Below are positions 1 to 13,330 of a stretch of DNA of 64,000 nucleotides, piece after piece. The position numbers and the translations under genes are program-made. The notes beneath the pieces are model-generated. The model had not been told where the DNA came from. It ran no database searches and saw only the letters and a list, made by a program, of their open reading frames with translations. Positions within the stretch are counted from its first letter, which is position 1, and each line of letters starts with the position of its first letter. Source of the DNA: Marsupella aquatica (Eukaryota; Plantae; Marchantiophyta); assembly GCA_973895155.1 (NCBI GenBank), contig OZ316897.1, positions 20,463,224 through 20,527,223 of the forward strand. The letters run 5' to 3'.

Positions 1-1640
1 GGAATGGAAGGAATCCATGGGAAGAACACGGCAGTGGAGCGGGAATCTCCGCTGAATTGTGAAAGGAATGACGTCAACGACCACTGTTGAGAGAGTTGGG
101 GACGAGGAACTCAGTTCACCCCGTTTGGCTGAAGATTTTGTTTTTGTGGTTTCCCTCCGCTTCGAAAGTCAATGCCATGCATGGTGTTGTCATTGTGTCC
201 CAATCAAATCTGTTGTGTTCTTTTGGCAATGAATGTTCGACCCACTAGGAACTGGGATTCTTATTTCCGAAAACCTCGATGTGATAGATGGCCTGAAAGC
301 GACTAAAAGCCGAAAAGTCTGTTCTGCGCCTAGGGCAAGGGTGACCCGAGTGCTGTCGCCACTTACAGTCTAACTAGATGATCTGGTTTTTATAGCGAGA
401 ATTAGTGGGGGATGCAATTGGAACATATACTACAATTTATGCTGTAACGAGAGTGCATGATCATTGATGCATCTGGATCCAGCCCCAACGTGGATTACTG
501 TCCGGGAAGACTGCGGGTCACATAAAACTTCCAACCTAAGTGTCCTGGCTTCCCAACTCTTTTAATGGCAATCTCTAGGACATTTAATCTCTACAACATC
601 CATCCATAGGGCTCTGGACACTCTCATCCCGATTGTCCAAGATTTCAGGATTTCAACCGTTAAAATGAGGAGATGGAGCGGGAAAATCGTATTTCGATAA
701 CTCATACATGGTCTATAATGTGAGAAGAGAGAGCATGGGGTCAAGAATTCACTGAGTTTCCCAATGTCATGGCATTTGTGGGATTGTGGGCAGTGGGATT
801 CAGGAAAGTGCTCTCCAGGATGCCATTGTTTCGTTTCTCCATGATGTAGATACTGAAAGCAGGTGAAATTATAAATAATGCATTCGTTCCCTGCAGGATC
901 ATGCTAACCTGACGGTGATTGACTGAACCTACTAAACTTGTTGACACGCTGAGCTTATACTGCCAAGCCTTCGGTGAATGATAGAGAAAACCGTCAACGA
1001 TGACATTCTTAAGACATTCAATTCACAAAGCGTTTCTCGCTCCTTTGTGCCCCGTGCCAAGGAGTATATGTCCAAAGAGCTTCCTGCACAATAGATTGGG
1101 GATAGGAGGAGCCAACTCAACTAAGGGAACATTCGCATTAGTTTGTGAGTGAACTCTAACTTTTCTGGTCCCAGACACTAGTTTTGAATTGACAAGGCAA
1201 TACAACATTGTGCATAATGCAAATGGAAATTAAAGGATTCTTTTGCCCTTGTTTGGGAATTGGGACTCTTAGCCTTTTTGGCTACTTGTTCTTCCCTGAC
1301 TTTCCTTGTTTCTTTTCAACTGGGATTTTGTTTATTTTGGAGACACATCCTGCCCTTTCCAGGCATCGGCCCGGCTGGAGACACACCGGTATTGGCTGAA
1401 GCCCCAACCCTATCAGCCGGAGGGTGCAATACTATAGATAGAAGTGCTCCGCACTTTGTGGGTCCGAAGTATGGGGAGGAAGAGCATAAGCTTGGATCAA
1501 TGTTTATACTCTGAGATATTGGAGGCTTCGCAAAAGATGGAGATTGCTCGTAGTTTGTTTTCCCCCTTGAGTTGGAATTCTTGGAATACCTTGTTTGGAA
1601 TCTTACTTTTTGTTCTTTTGCAGTGTTATATATAAAAGAA
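1..1640 (+). mobile_element. Degenerate 3' part of an L1-like LINE
   Basis: Frameshifted zinc-knuckle-like string at ~770-870 (GICGIVGSGIQES / HCFVSP*CRY*KQV), followed by a T-rich tail ending ttttgcagtgttatatataaaag. The tail resembles the LINE-type tails at ~2030 and ~4960. Heavily decayed. Confidence 0.35.
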
Positions 1641-1807
1641 TAATTTGATGTCGTTGGTAGATTGTTAGAGAGTAGAACTTAGTTAATGGGCAGAAAAAGC
1701 ACTCATATATACTTTAAGCTTAACTTATAGTTGAGCGTAATCTCCTGATGATTATTCATAATACCTTTTTTGCCTTGAAAGCAGTGAGCATGCCCTGTAG
1801 GGTTTTC

Positions 1808-2045
1808 ATTTGGTTGCTTGCTTCTTAGTTTTTTGTGGGATGCTCTTTGCCTTGTTGGGCCTCTTTGGTCTTCTTGGGTCTTTTCTTTCCCTTGCCCGCC
1901 CTTTATTGGGTTCTTTTGCCTTTGGGATCATGTCTCCCAGTTTGGCCCTCGCTTGTCCTTTATTGGGTTCTTTTGCCTTTGGGATCATGTCTCCCAGTTT
2001 GGCGCTCTCAGTTTGGCGCTCCTGTCTTTTTGGCAGTGTGATAAA
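1808..2045 (+). repeat. LINE 3'-UTR-like dispersed repeat with an internal 57-bp tandem duplication
   Basis: ctttattgggttcttttgcctttgggatcatgtctcccagtttggc occurs twice in tandem. Reverse-complement relatives lie at ~4955-5090 and ~28475-28530. Confidence 0.65.
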
Positions 2046-2919
2046 GTGACCATGCCCATCCAACAGAAGGTACTAGACATTATGCTCACATTCTGTAGGG
2101 TAGCCACAAGAAGACAATACCCGTAGATCCAACAGCTACCAGCTAGACTCCCCTTTTTATAAGGAAAAGTTTCTAATTCCTTATAATGGTCATATATCCA
2201 ATTGATCATCTTAGATTTTATTTTAGTCCACTAAAATCTTGTACCTATCAACTTAAGGAATCCAAAAATATAACTTAAAAAGAAAACCAAACATTTTTTG
2301 ATGTCCTAAAAGTTGATCAAAACCAAATTATATGGGTTTTTTCAATACAAGGGTCTACAGCCAAACTAGCCAGCTTTTTAGGATTTTTATTAAAACTTTA
2401 AAAATCCTCCAAGGAAAAATTCTAGCATGTGTAGGAATATTTTTTAATTTCATATGAAAAAGGAAGAAAACCAAACCTTTTACATGACTTGAAAATTTTT
2501 AAAAGTGGAAAACCCAGGTTTTTTGAAATTTTATTATTTTGTATAGCCAACCTTTTAGTCCGTATAAAAATGTAGACCCCTGCCTAGTATACAAGAGTTG
2601 CGTACCCGGGAAGTGAATCCCCCAGGGTTACAATAGTAGACAACGTGAACAAACAAGTGACTCTCATCACCTTTCTCATTTTCTCTAGTGCAAAGTAGTG
2701 AGCTCAGTCATGAGTAAGTAATGAAAATGAAAATCTCATGCATTTGGAACCAAGACTCTGCACAAAGATGAAAAATCAGCCAAAATATGAGTTCTATAAG
2801 GAATTTGTTGAATGTTTAACCATCATAATTACTCATAAGATAGTCTGCACATATGCAACACCCATCAAACACACAAGTAATGATCAACTCAAGATATATG
2901 TGGTTCACCTCACCAGAGA

Positions 2920-3500
2920 CTATGTCTACATGCAATAACACACAAGCAAGTTTTATTGAACTCTAAGCCCTTCGCCCATACGAGCCTCCACAAACTCCCG
3001 CACAAACTAAGTTCTTTCTATCAGTCCCAACTGGCTCCGTAGCAATGCATCTAAGTTCCACTCACTAACTATGACTTGCTAGCATGCCTGCTAGTTTAAC
3101 TAAGTAATAGTTGCACATCTCATCGTAACCATACACCTGACTACATTTTATCGAACTGCGGTAAAGTAATTCTAGCAGACCTAACTAAGAGAACATGCCT
3201 AACAAGTTTTATTCCAAAATTTACTATTAGATTGAGAGTTAAATATTATATTTAACCGCAGTTAGTCTAAACCAGAGTTAAATAATAAACCAGAGTTAGA
3301 TATGTACTACATTTATTAGCATGATTTAGTTAGTTAGTGGCAGTTAGACTCATTGTTAGGGAGCCTCTAGGAAATTTGGAGAGTTTAGTCTGTGGAGGTC
3401 ACTTGGTATGGCCAATGGGCTTACTTAGAGTTCTCTTGTGTGTTCTTATGAACCTAACTTTTGGAGAGAAAGGTGCACAATGTATAGGTGTCGACCACTT
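2920..3500. mobile_element. Two decayed, oppositely oriented relatives of the solo-LTR family
   Basis: 2941-3000 (cacaagcaagttttattgaactctaagccc) matches the 25449-25795 LTR. 3400-3460 (acttggtatggcc...cttagagttctcttgtgtgttc) matches the 11719-12061 LTR. Confidence 0.55.
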
Positions 3501-4954
3501 GTGTCTTAGGTCTAAGTTGTGGACCATTTACCATTTGCTATCAATTAAAGAAAACATTGTAAGAATCGAATAAGACAAAATGAAATAAGTAGACACCATG
3601 GACAATAAGTGTATCCATATTATTATTATATCCATAAGTGAGGGTGGCTTACATGATGTAGGGGGGTGGTTGCTTCCTTTTATTACATTCTGGACCTTTG
3701 TCCTGAATGGAAGCTGCAGTTGGCTTTACAAGAACTCAAGGGTCATTCTACCTAGATCCTACATGGCGGCACGTAATGGGCCCAAGAAAATGCTGATGTG
3801 GAGTGCTTATTTTATTTAACAATTCAGAGGTGGTCCAAACATTTCCAAATGGCCCCTTCCTTCCAAGAATTGCATTTATTGAATTTTATTTGGAATTATT
3901 TTTGGTCGGGAGTCCATCTCTAGAATAAGAAATTTAAACTCAACTTTTGCTTCAATGATGAAAAAGTCACTACTGTAGGTAACTTTTGAAAAGCCGCCAT
4001 AAATCAGCACAATCGTTACCAGGTGGTCACAGCTGTCAGTTGTTTCTTGTTATGGCATGTGGCACTGCTAAAGCTCTAATGATAGGGCTTCCGTTCAGAA
4101 CAAGCCACAAATGTTTGTCCATTATTTAATCTCACAGTTTTTTGTATTTTGTCATGTAGCGTTGCAGGGCTCTTGATAGGTTTGTTATTGGTTGATCTGA
4201 AGGCCCATGGCTCAGCCCTTCATGCGTTTCCCCACCACTAAAGACAAAAGCGGTCTTCCTATTTGGTGTCTTTTCTGCATGTCCCATTAGTTGATGTATA
4301 AGTGTTTGAGATTTAATGCCTTGTCATGTCAGGGCTCTTTGGTGTCCTTTCTGCATGTTGCAATGGTATGTATGTACCAAATAAGATTTGTTACTTTGCT
4401 ATCCTTTTTGCTTTTTTTTGGTCAATGTCACAGTTTTACCCTGTGCTTTAACGAGCTTAATTCAACCCACGTTAGAGAATTTGGTCTGTACAAGTCCATG
4501 CTGCAAATGGCGATTGATTTTACTTAACGGTTGAGATTGTTCGACCATGTAGAACGGACCGTGATCATTCACTGGGCGAATCCATATATATATCTGCCTG
4601 CACCACGCCCCCAACAACAAAGAGTAAAGCCAACTGGTCGGTGCAAGCACCAAACTATTGGGGTGGCTTTCCAGATTCTCACCAACGCCCATAGGTACGT
4701 CAAACTTGATAGAATTTCGATGCATTCCATCATTTCATAGCCAATTCCACTAGGGTGTCCTTTGTGATTATTCCCGGCTCCATAAAGTGAACAGGAGACC
4801 ATAAGCCAATGAAAGACTACCAATTGCTTCCAACCCCACATCTACTCATAGAAAGTCACCCAGTGAGCACTTTTCTTGAAAGGATAGGCACAACGTATGT
4901 TGATATTAGTCTTATTCATATGAATCGCATATAAGTAGGTGGTCTAATATATAT

Positions 4955-5280
4955 CAAAGTGCCAAAAGGCAAAAATGCCAAACCTAGAGACAAGGTCCCA
5001 AAGGCAAAGCCCCCCAAGGCAAAGCAACCCAATAAAGATCAGTAAAAGGAAGGGGGAAAGGCCCCAAGTAGACCCAGGAGGTCAACAATGCAAGGAGCAC
5101 ATATGATGGCCTTCGAGGGTTATGTCGGTACAGCTGACTCCAGCTCAACCATATCTTGGCCTTGAGAAACTTGACACAATCATTTTCAACGATCTCTTGT
5201 GGCCTCGCGGTAAAGATCATTCTTATCTCCCCAGTTCAGAAACCAGGATTCACTTTTCCTGCTACGATGTTAAAAAATGA
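4955..5280 (-). mobile_element. L1-like LINE 3' remnant
   Basis: Minus frame F*TGEIRMIFTARPQ...KFLKAKIWLSWSQL resembles the L1 ORF2 C-terminus (W..RN..IF...IW..W). It is followed by a UTR homologous to 1808-2045. Confidence 0.45.
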
Positions 5281-7349
5281 TTCACATTTCTCTAGCTTAA
5301 ATAGATGAATTTTGATCTGACATGTAAATTGGAAGAGTTGAAACAACTAAGGGTTACATATGGTTCGGAGTCATGTGCAGTTGTGAATACATCACTAGGG
5401 CACAGTCTCATTTGTTTTTCGAACCAAACCAAAAATGTGGGTGAGAGGTTTCACGAGTTGGATGCCTGGTTTCACGAGTTGGATACCAAACCCTTCCACA
5501 CTTCAATCAGTAACCGTGAGGCCATGTCTTTGTAGCTTGTGATTATAGTTCAGCAAACTTAAAATCACTAACCATATTTTTGCATGCAGCTCATGATTAT
5601 GGTGCTACTTACTTCAGTGAGAAGACAAGGACAATGTTGACAAATTTTGACGATTTTTATTGTGTTCAATCAGTTGGTTTGATTGGAGGCCAGTGAGCAA
5701 TGAACAACGTACTAGACAACTTTTCTCGCCTCTACCTGCATGCACAGTACAAACTATTCAACTGTATCACAGCTCTCATGTAACACAGTCATGTACTCTA
5801 ATCTCCTATGCGAAACTGCTGCTTATCTCATACGTACTGTACTTGGGAGACAAGCGAGAACACTTGGGAGACAAGTAAGAACCTGACGGAAAGAAAATCT
5901 ATTATTTCTTGAACTTATCAGTTACACGTCAGAGCCTTTTGTATGGCGTTGGGCGCATCATTCTGCAGGAGACTGATTGGGATTCGGTCCGTGATGCATC
6001 CACAAGTGGCCATGCAGTGGCCCTGGTGAAGTGGTGGGAAGCTTGGTCAACAGCTACAGTAGAATGGATTGAAGAGATTGTACCCCTCCCCGAATTGTAG
6101 AATTGTGCTAGACAAGACCATGTTTTCCCAGAAACAAATCTCTCGGTCGTCTCGCCTGCTTGGCTTGGCTGCTTTCACACACCCAGCTCTCGACACTGCG
6201 CCTGCTCTGATAACTTTATTTGTGGTTTCGCAACAAAGGACAACGACAGACCACGTGACAAACTCCACTGCTGGAGCCCACCCAACGTGGCCCAACATAA
6301 GGTAAGCTATCCCAATGATAGGGGCTACACACATCACGGTAGCGTCCTTGTTATCTGCTCAATTTCCCTCGACACTATTGGAAGCTTTTATTATTGATGA
6401 AGACGAATTTGGGCTGTTAGATAAACTGACATCCGTTGGGAGAAGAGTTCCAGGAGCTTTGAAGATCTTGGCTCATATTATATGATCGAATCTGGTTGTC
6501 TTATCATCACTCTGATAGTCTGATACCCTGCATTAGGACAATCAGAGAGTACGTGTTCACCATGATGGAGCTCTATATCAAGTCAGTTGTAGAATAAGTT
6601 CGTTGAAAGTACTGTGGAGATCATCTATAAATGTCACAATGACCTGACTGCCATTTGCAAATTTAGTAAGTACGTGTGAATCTATCGTACAGTAACAACC
6701 AGAGAGATTTGGAAGGTAAGTCTGAGGCACTGAGAACACTTGTCTGAACTCTCCTACAAGCTAGCTTGCATGTGAGATCCGATAAGATCTCAGACGAGTA
6801 GTCAACTGCGATACGTAGATTTTCATGATCCGGGCGCCCTTCAATTCCGATTTGCGGATTGAATTCCAAAGAGTAAGAGCAACATTTCACCAAATACGGC
6901 TAGGAAAGTACCTAACAAAATAATAAGAATTAATGAGACATTCCAGAACCTTGTCGTGCAATTGAACTTCAAACCCTGGTTAGGCTGTGAGAGGAGAATT
7001 GAAAATTGGACAATGTAGTGGCAGTGAGGGCTGCAATAGCAGATATGCACGATACGAAAGATTCGAGAGAGTTTTATTCTTTCTATTGAGTCCCAGTGAA
7101 GGAGGCGAGTTTACACAGCTTTGCACTCTGACCTCAAAACTCAAATATTTGGATAGGATTATCTTGCCGGGTGGCAGTCAATCTCCTGTCTATTCTTCAT
7201 CACAAAATGCTTAGAATTCTTAATGCCTGTAATCTGTCGTCCATGCATTGACAATGATGGACAAAAGTTTCTGAAAAGCTTTTAATATTATTGTCATAAG
7301 AAATACACATAATCGAGCAATTTTGAGGCAAAAAAAAATACAAGTGACG

Positions 7350-9520
7350 GCCTTTTATGTATGGGCTCAATGAAGCAAATTGACTTGGGCATGAAGGATG
7401 TTAACGCGCTAGCTCATCTTCTGCACAATGACGAGTTTACCGATTAAGAACTCCTTGTAATCTTTCTCATTGGCACTCTCATGAATCAACGAGGTACATG
7501 CAGTGGTTCTTCAAGAAACTCCTGAGTGCGGATTCTATCGCTATTAGATTAATTTGAATAAATGTTTCACAATCGAAACCTGAAAATGCTTCCTCAAAGT
7601 AACATCCTGTACGTAGGAATGCAGTCTTATTGGTCAGCCGCTTTGGTCAGTAGAAAGTATTGCACAAGATGCGTCTGTTCAGCTTAAACATCCTAGCGGG
7701 TTGCATGGTCGATATGCCTGGCCTCACCCGAATATCATAGAACTACTGTCGACGGACCACAGACTTGAGGTGAGCTTAAAGTGTTCTAGTTTATACTTGG
7801 ATTGCGTTGAGACTGTCGAAGGCTCTAAGACCTATGAAAAGCTGTTTAAATGGGATTGACGTGCACATTTCTACCTTCGAATCTGTCATTTTGAGACTAA
7901 ATTCATTGGAACGGTTCATGCTTAGTGTTGGACTCCTATTTCCTGGACCCTCAAGGGACGGCCAACAAACAGTGATTTAGGTCTAGTGTTGGACTTCCTG
8001 TGGCCTTCAACGGATGGAAAACAAACGAGTTCCAAATGTGCGAATCGTTGCTTGCGCTCACGAAGACAGTATCTGCACAGACAGACACCAGTCACTCGAC
8101 CTTGCACACTAGGTAACCAGCTAGACAGTAATTCTTGTCATTGACAGCTCCATCTCCTTCGCAGCTACAAGGTACTGCAACGTGCCTGACCCATCTTTTC
8201 GACTAGGTTACTCAACAATTGAACGATTTCTCAGTAAGAGGACTGTTTTCTCTTTGAAATCCTAGGAGATGAAACGTAACTCACTGAGTGTGATGGCCAT
8301 TCTGCGACACGTTACGTGTTGGCCTTCTGTTGGTGTAACTTCGAGTAATTTAGGCTTCCTATAGGCGGATAGAAAACGGATGAAAAAGCACTTCCCAGGT
8401 ATATTCTGGTACCACTCTCAGCTAAGCTCGATCACGAAAATCCTTGTTGCTATATCATTACGACGTATGAATCAGATTCTGCCCAGCTAGCAACCTAGTT
8501 TCTTACTTGACAATCAAGATTGCATAGTGTCGTGCTTGAGACTCTGGACTAGCAAGTTTTCGAACGTCAAGAGGGAGAGTTAAACAATTGAGATCCTTGC
8601 GAAGAAAGATCTGCTCTGAGGCGAGCACCCAAACTTCGCAGAATACAGGAAATTACATCATACCCTCCACGAAATGTTTCCATGGGTGACCCGTTGCCGC
8701 GTTGAAAGGACGCAGAGGCAATCCCAGAAGTTTCCTTCCACTTTACTGTAGGGCGTTACTTGTATCCCGTCAGGCTCCAAGTTCTGATTCAGAGCTATAA
8801 GTCCTATTGGGATACAAGCGATGGCCTTCAGTGAAGCGACTCATAACCCGTCAGGCTCCAAGTTCTGATTCAGATCTATAAGTCCTATTGGGATACAAGC
8901 GATGGCCTTCAGTAAAGCGACTCGTTGATCTGCAGCGTGAATGCTTGAGGCAGTTGAGATGCGTTCGCCCAACTCGATGGGGCTCAGTCAATGTCCCGCA
9001 CAATGTCTCGCAAATTGCATGTAGTCTAAACGACCGAGATGATGGCTGACACCTAATTCGAAGAAGATTGAGGGGTTGAAATAGTACCGAGCTGGAGCTC
9101 AGGCACACTCCTCAACAATCTACAATCAAATCCTCCGAGTGTACCTATTTATACAGGTGCCGAAGCGCTCATTCTACAACGTCCAACACTAGAGACAGCT
9201 CCCTGAGGTACGGACAGAGAAAGCTAGTAGAAAAGGCAGACAGTAAAAGCGTGATAGTGAACTGATCGAAGATCTTATCACCTTGTACCTGTGAAAAGAC
9301 TACAGCAGCTAGGTAGATGCTAGTCGTCTTGACCTTGGACATGATGGAGACATGTATGCAGCTGCCATTCTCCGTGTTGGATAGCAGTGGATATCGTAGC
9401 TCCTTACTGGCTGCAGGAAAACAAACACCCATAACGAGAGGATAGATGGGAAAACTAATGAGAGGTCAAGAGAGTGGTCTCAAGAATTGAGACTGGTCAG
9501 ATAAAAAGAAGCAAGGGCAA
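7350..9520 (+). pseudogene. Possible highly decayed LRR(-Roc) / TORNADO1-like gene remnant
   Basis: Scattered RI-type LRR-like strings (LGMKDVNALAHLLHNDEF ~7385; RLQVLIQSY/SPIGIQAMA ~8770-8910) and a weak Roc-like TRG*...LKN*DW string (~9435-9497). Many stops and frameshifts. Confidence 0.2.
8766..8922. repeat. ~81-bp tandem duplication
   Basis: cccgtcaggctccaagttctgattcaga...gatggccttcagt.aagcgactc present twice. Confidence 0.9.
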
Positions 9521-10190
9521 GTTGTGAACCAAATCCACATCTTAGTCACTCGACAGGTGAGGTTGTCCCCAGCCAGACCAATTTGCTGGTCAAAGCTTCG
9601 GCAAATCACAACTGATGTGGGCGAGCACATCTGCAGCCTTAACTTCCATATGTCGGAGCCTGCTCATTGGCTTACCCAGGCATGGTGAAACACCAAATAG
9701 GACGGTACTCTCGATGCACTGTGCTATCGATTTGCAAATATAAGCTTGAGCTGATTCGTTCTTCTGTGGTATCGATGTGCATCCTGATACAGTAAACTTT
9801 GTTTCATGATGGATCAATGTGCAGTTCAAATTCTTGTGCTGAACGAATGCCGACGAGCAACGCTGAGGGAGTGAAGTTAATCCGAAGTGTATTTTGAAGG
9901 TCTCAGGATTTAGTCGAAACTGCCCAGTGACGGAGTAGCGATACGTACTGCCGCACAAAAGTTTGTCACTTTCGTTTCACCTTACCAAAGTGTTAGTGGT
10001 TCAGGTTGAATCTCGATCTATCTTGACATGCATGCCGCCTGTAGTTAGGTAACTAGCCCTTTGTAATGTGACACAGCCCAATCTTCATTCGAAACTTGTG
10101 ACGACAGTCTAGTACATCGACAGCCGAAAGCTTCCATAGCAATTAGCCCAGGAGTATTCTTTACTATATTAGGGGTCTCAAAGCTTGGAA

Positions 10191-10307
10191 ATTATGATGG
10201 CATTCTATCATAAAGAACAGGTCATAACCTAACTTTTTCACTAACACTCTTTATGATGGCATTCTATCATAAAGAATAGGTCATCTTAACTTTTTCACTA
10301 ACACTCT
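10191..10307. repeat. ~58-bp tandem duplication
   Basis: ttatgatggcattctatcataaagaa.aggtcat...taactttttcactaacactct present twice. Confidence 0.9.
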
Positions 10308-11398
10308 GGAAAAGATTTTTTTGTTTTTTCTTTCACCAGTATTCTACTAAGGGACTCTACTAAGGGCATAAGACCACTCCTTATGATAAAAAGTTATGGG
10401 CTATGAATTATGTAGTACATAACTTTTTGTGTCCATAACCCATAACTAGTAAGTTAAGGTACATCAAATTACCAGCTTAATTTGTCAATAAGATGAGGAC
10501 CCTAAGCAAATGCACCTATAGATTTGACACCAATCCATTCAAGGCTTGCTATAGATACAAGACTATGTACTGATTCAACTTGAATTGTTTTCATTGATCA
10601 GTGTACAAGGAAATGTCTCTCAAACATCCACACATGTTCTGTGTACATCACATTGTCTCTCTGAACTAGTTAGTCCTCAATGACAACAGATATCATTCTC
10701 CTCCTAGCATTATATTCAGATATATCATTCGCTTCCTAGCATTACTCTGGGAACTAGTTTATCTTCATCAAAAATTTGTAGATAGTAAATAATTCTCTCA
10801 CTAATTGGATGATTAATTTATTATTACAGACCCCACTAGAGGTCCCTTCCAAAATTTGAGACTCCACAGTGCGCCACGTCATCATGACGTGCTCCAAACA
10901 GGTATGGATTGGTTTACAAAATAAAATTACTTCCCCGTTTGTGTTTGTGGCAGGATTTTGGTAAAATTGAGGACGTCATGCCGTAAACCTTGATGTAAAA
11001 ATGTTTGAAAAATAACCATTTTATTTACCCTATATAACAAACTGTTCAATTATTTAGTAGGAGGCCCACCTTATGTGTTTTTTACCCTAAGTAACCGCTG
11101 TCCACCCGCATTCTGAATTGTGTTTCAATTGAATAATAACTAAATATCTCTCGGCAAGTTGATCTGATGACAAAGTAATTGTGACAATTTTCTCCGGGAT
11201 TTTCTCGACGTTTTGCTGCCACTTAGGAAGAGGTGGACATGATTCTATATTGGATCACTCAACACTCCTTTCCATGGCGTCATCATTGCAGTTCCTAACT
11301 CGGTGATGCCTCTTGCTACTGTTAGATTGTCCAATGCATGAGGCACGAGCGAACGAAGAGAAGCAAGCTTAGCAGGGTTCAGTAAGGGCCTCGTCTAC

Positions 11399-11533
11399 GT
11401 GCAGATGGTGTTGAAGAGCCTGGGCATGAAAGAAGGACATAGTTATAAGAAGTGTCAGCAGATGATCAAGGGAGTCGATGCGGACGGTAATGGGAAAGTG
11501 GACTTTCAGGAGTTCAAGGGGTCCACGAACTAA
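11399..11533 (+). pseudogene. Calmodulin-like (CML) C-terminal EF-hand fragment
   Basis: Translates VQMVLKSLGMKEGHSYKKCQQMIKGVDADGNGKVDFQEFKGSTN*, with a canonical EF loop (DADGNGKVDFQE) and a plant CML-type linker (SLGMKEG...C..MI). The upstream EF-hands are not recognisable. Confidence 0.75.
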
Positions 11534-11718
11534 TTCATTGTGAATTACTTTCATTGTGAGGCATTGTCATATCTCTTCTCTCAGATATTTCTGACCTGTA
11601 AATTCATTCTTTATAATATTTATTGTGTGAAAAGTAAGAGAATGTTTCTAAATTGGTGGACATAATTCGATCAGCTGAGCTAATTGAACTAAACTCATGA
11701 CAATGGACTGTCCATATT

Positions 11719-12061
11719 TGTTAGGTATTTACTCAAGGTCTAGGGTTACGACATGTAACCATAGTTAGACTAACCGTAGTCGGAGACGTGGTTAGGTTAA
11801 CTAGGATGCACACTATATGCCAAGCGGTGTTTGCTTGGATAAGTGGAACTTAGGCTCATTGTTATGAAGCCACTTGAGAGATGAGGAGAGCTTACACTGT
11901 GGAGACTTGGTATGACTGACGGGCTTAGAGTTCAGTAAAGCTCTCTTGTGTGTTCCCGTGGACGTAGCCTCGGGGAGGTGAATCACGTATCTCTTGTGTC
12001 AACTACTTGCGCGTTGGATGTGTCATGTGCTTACCATTACGAGTGTCATCTATGTTCAACA
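11719..12061 (+). mobile_element. Solo LTR (343 bp), TG...CA, TSD ATATT
   Basis: Starts tgttagg and ends ttcaaca. ATATT at 11714-11718 and 12062-12066. Near-identical inverted copy at 25449-25795. The strand label is only relative to that copy. Confidence 0.9.
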
Positions 12062-12699
12062 ATATTCACCCAATCATATTAGTCTGACTAGTGAACTTAC
12101 AGAAAGATAACCTCAACGTATATTGGAGATTGGACATTGGAGCTTGAATGAACAATTGGAAAACAATGTCAGATCTTCTATATATATGCAATTTCTGAAT
12201 TGAAAGATTTATGTAAGTACAAGGTATTGATAAATTAGTTAGGGGACCCTTGCTTATGTAAGCTTGACTTGTTAAACAATTTGGAGTGACCTTTACTTTA
12301 CTAATAGGCACCATATCAATTTGCTAAATCTTTTAGCAGCAGGAGAAAGATTATTGGTTGGCAATTGCCACAGAGAAATTGACATGGGATTGCCACTTGA
12401 TTTTTCAGTCACGTGGGAAATGAGTAAAACTTGATTGCCACAGAGAAATTTACTCCCACTTGATTTTTCAGGCAGTAAAATTGCCCATATGAGAGAATTA
12501 TTTCAGTAGAGGCAGGACCTTGGTTTAGAGAATGCATAGGCATGCACTTGCCATGGGACCCTCAAAACTTGACGTAAGAGATTTACAGCTCATACTGTAA
12601 GTAAATCACTTCTCAAAGTATACCTAACGGCACTAGTATGTACTGATAGTGTACAGGGTCTCCTGTGGCTTCACAAAACCTAGGGCCAATTGTGAGCAT

Positions 12700-13024
12700 T
12701 CTTGTACGTGACTTTTTTCCACCAAAATAAAATAGATGCCAACTTCTTGCTCTGACTAGAGTGCCTCTTTTGTTTAAAATTAAGGACAACCTCCAGGAGT
12801 GGTCCAAACTTTGGCTCCTAGCCTTCATCGAATAGATTTGAATTTAGTTATTTGGGCCCACTGCTTGCCATGTGGGATAGATAGACACCACCATACCTGA
12901 ATGGGCCCTTGCAGTCTTGTAAAACCAACTGCAAATATTTAATTTACACTCACTATGGAGTTCAAGTTAATAAATCTTAGAGGGAATAAAAAGAAGCATT
13001 GTGACCCATCCCGTAAAGCCACCC
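12700..13024. mobile_element. Partial Harbinger/Tourist-like MITE (right end)
   Basis: Ends ...gtaaagccaccc|tta, the same terminus as the 27665-28442 and 51800-52203 elements. Another left end lies at 3642 (gggtggcttacatgatg). Left boundary approximate. Confidence 0.5.
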
Positions 13025-13079
13025 TTAAACATACTTAAATATTATGTGTTACTTTGTGAATTGTGTGTTTCAGACTTGG

Positions 13080-13330
13080 GAATTAAAAGCCACTTGCAAT
13101 GAACATGTGAGGTAAGTTTAATGGGACGATGACAAGGAGTCCATGGTAAATGAATATAACAAGCCCAATGGCCATTTTGCAGGTAAAATGTAGTCAGATG
13201 TCTTGTGAATTAAAAGCCACTTGCAATGAACATGTGAGGTAATTTTAATGGGACGATGACAAGCTAGTCCATGGTAAATGAATATAACAAGCCCAATGGC
13301 CATTTTTCAGGTAAAATGTAGATGTCTTGT
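13080..13330. repeat. ~127-bp tandem duplication
   Basis: gaattaaaagccacttgcaatgaacatgtgagg...caggtaaaatgtag present twice. Confidence 0.9.

Noticed and set aside
2348-2582. hAT-like MITE with 12-bp TIR caagggtctaca / tgtagacccctg
   Set aside because: No matching 8-bp TSD (tttcaata vs cctagtat) and no second copy in the window, so left uncalled.
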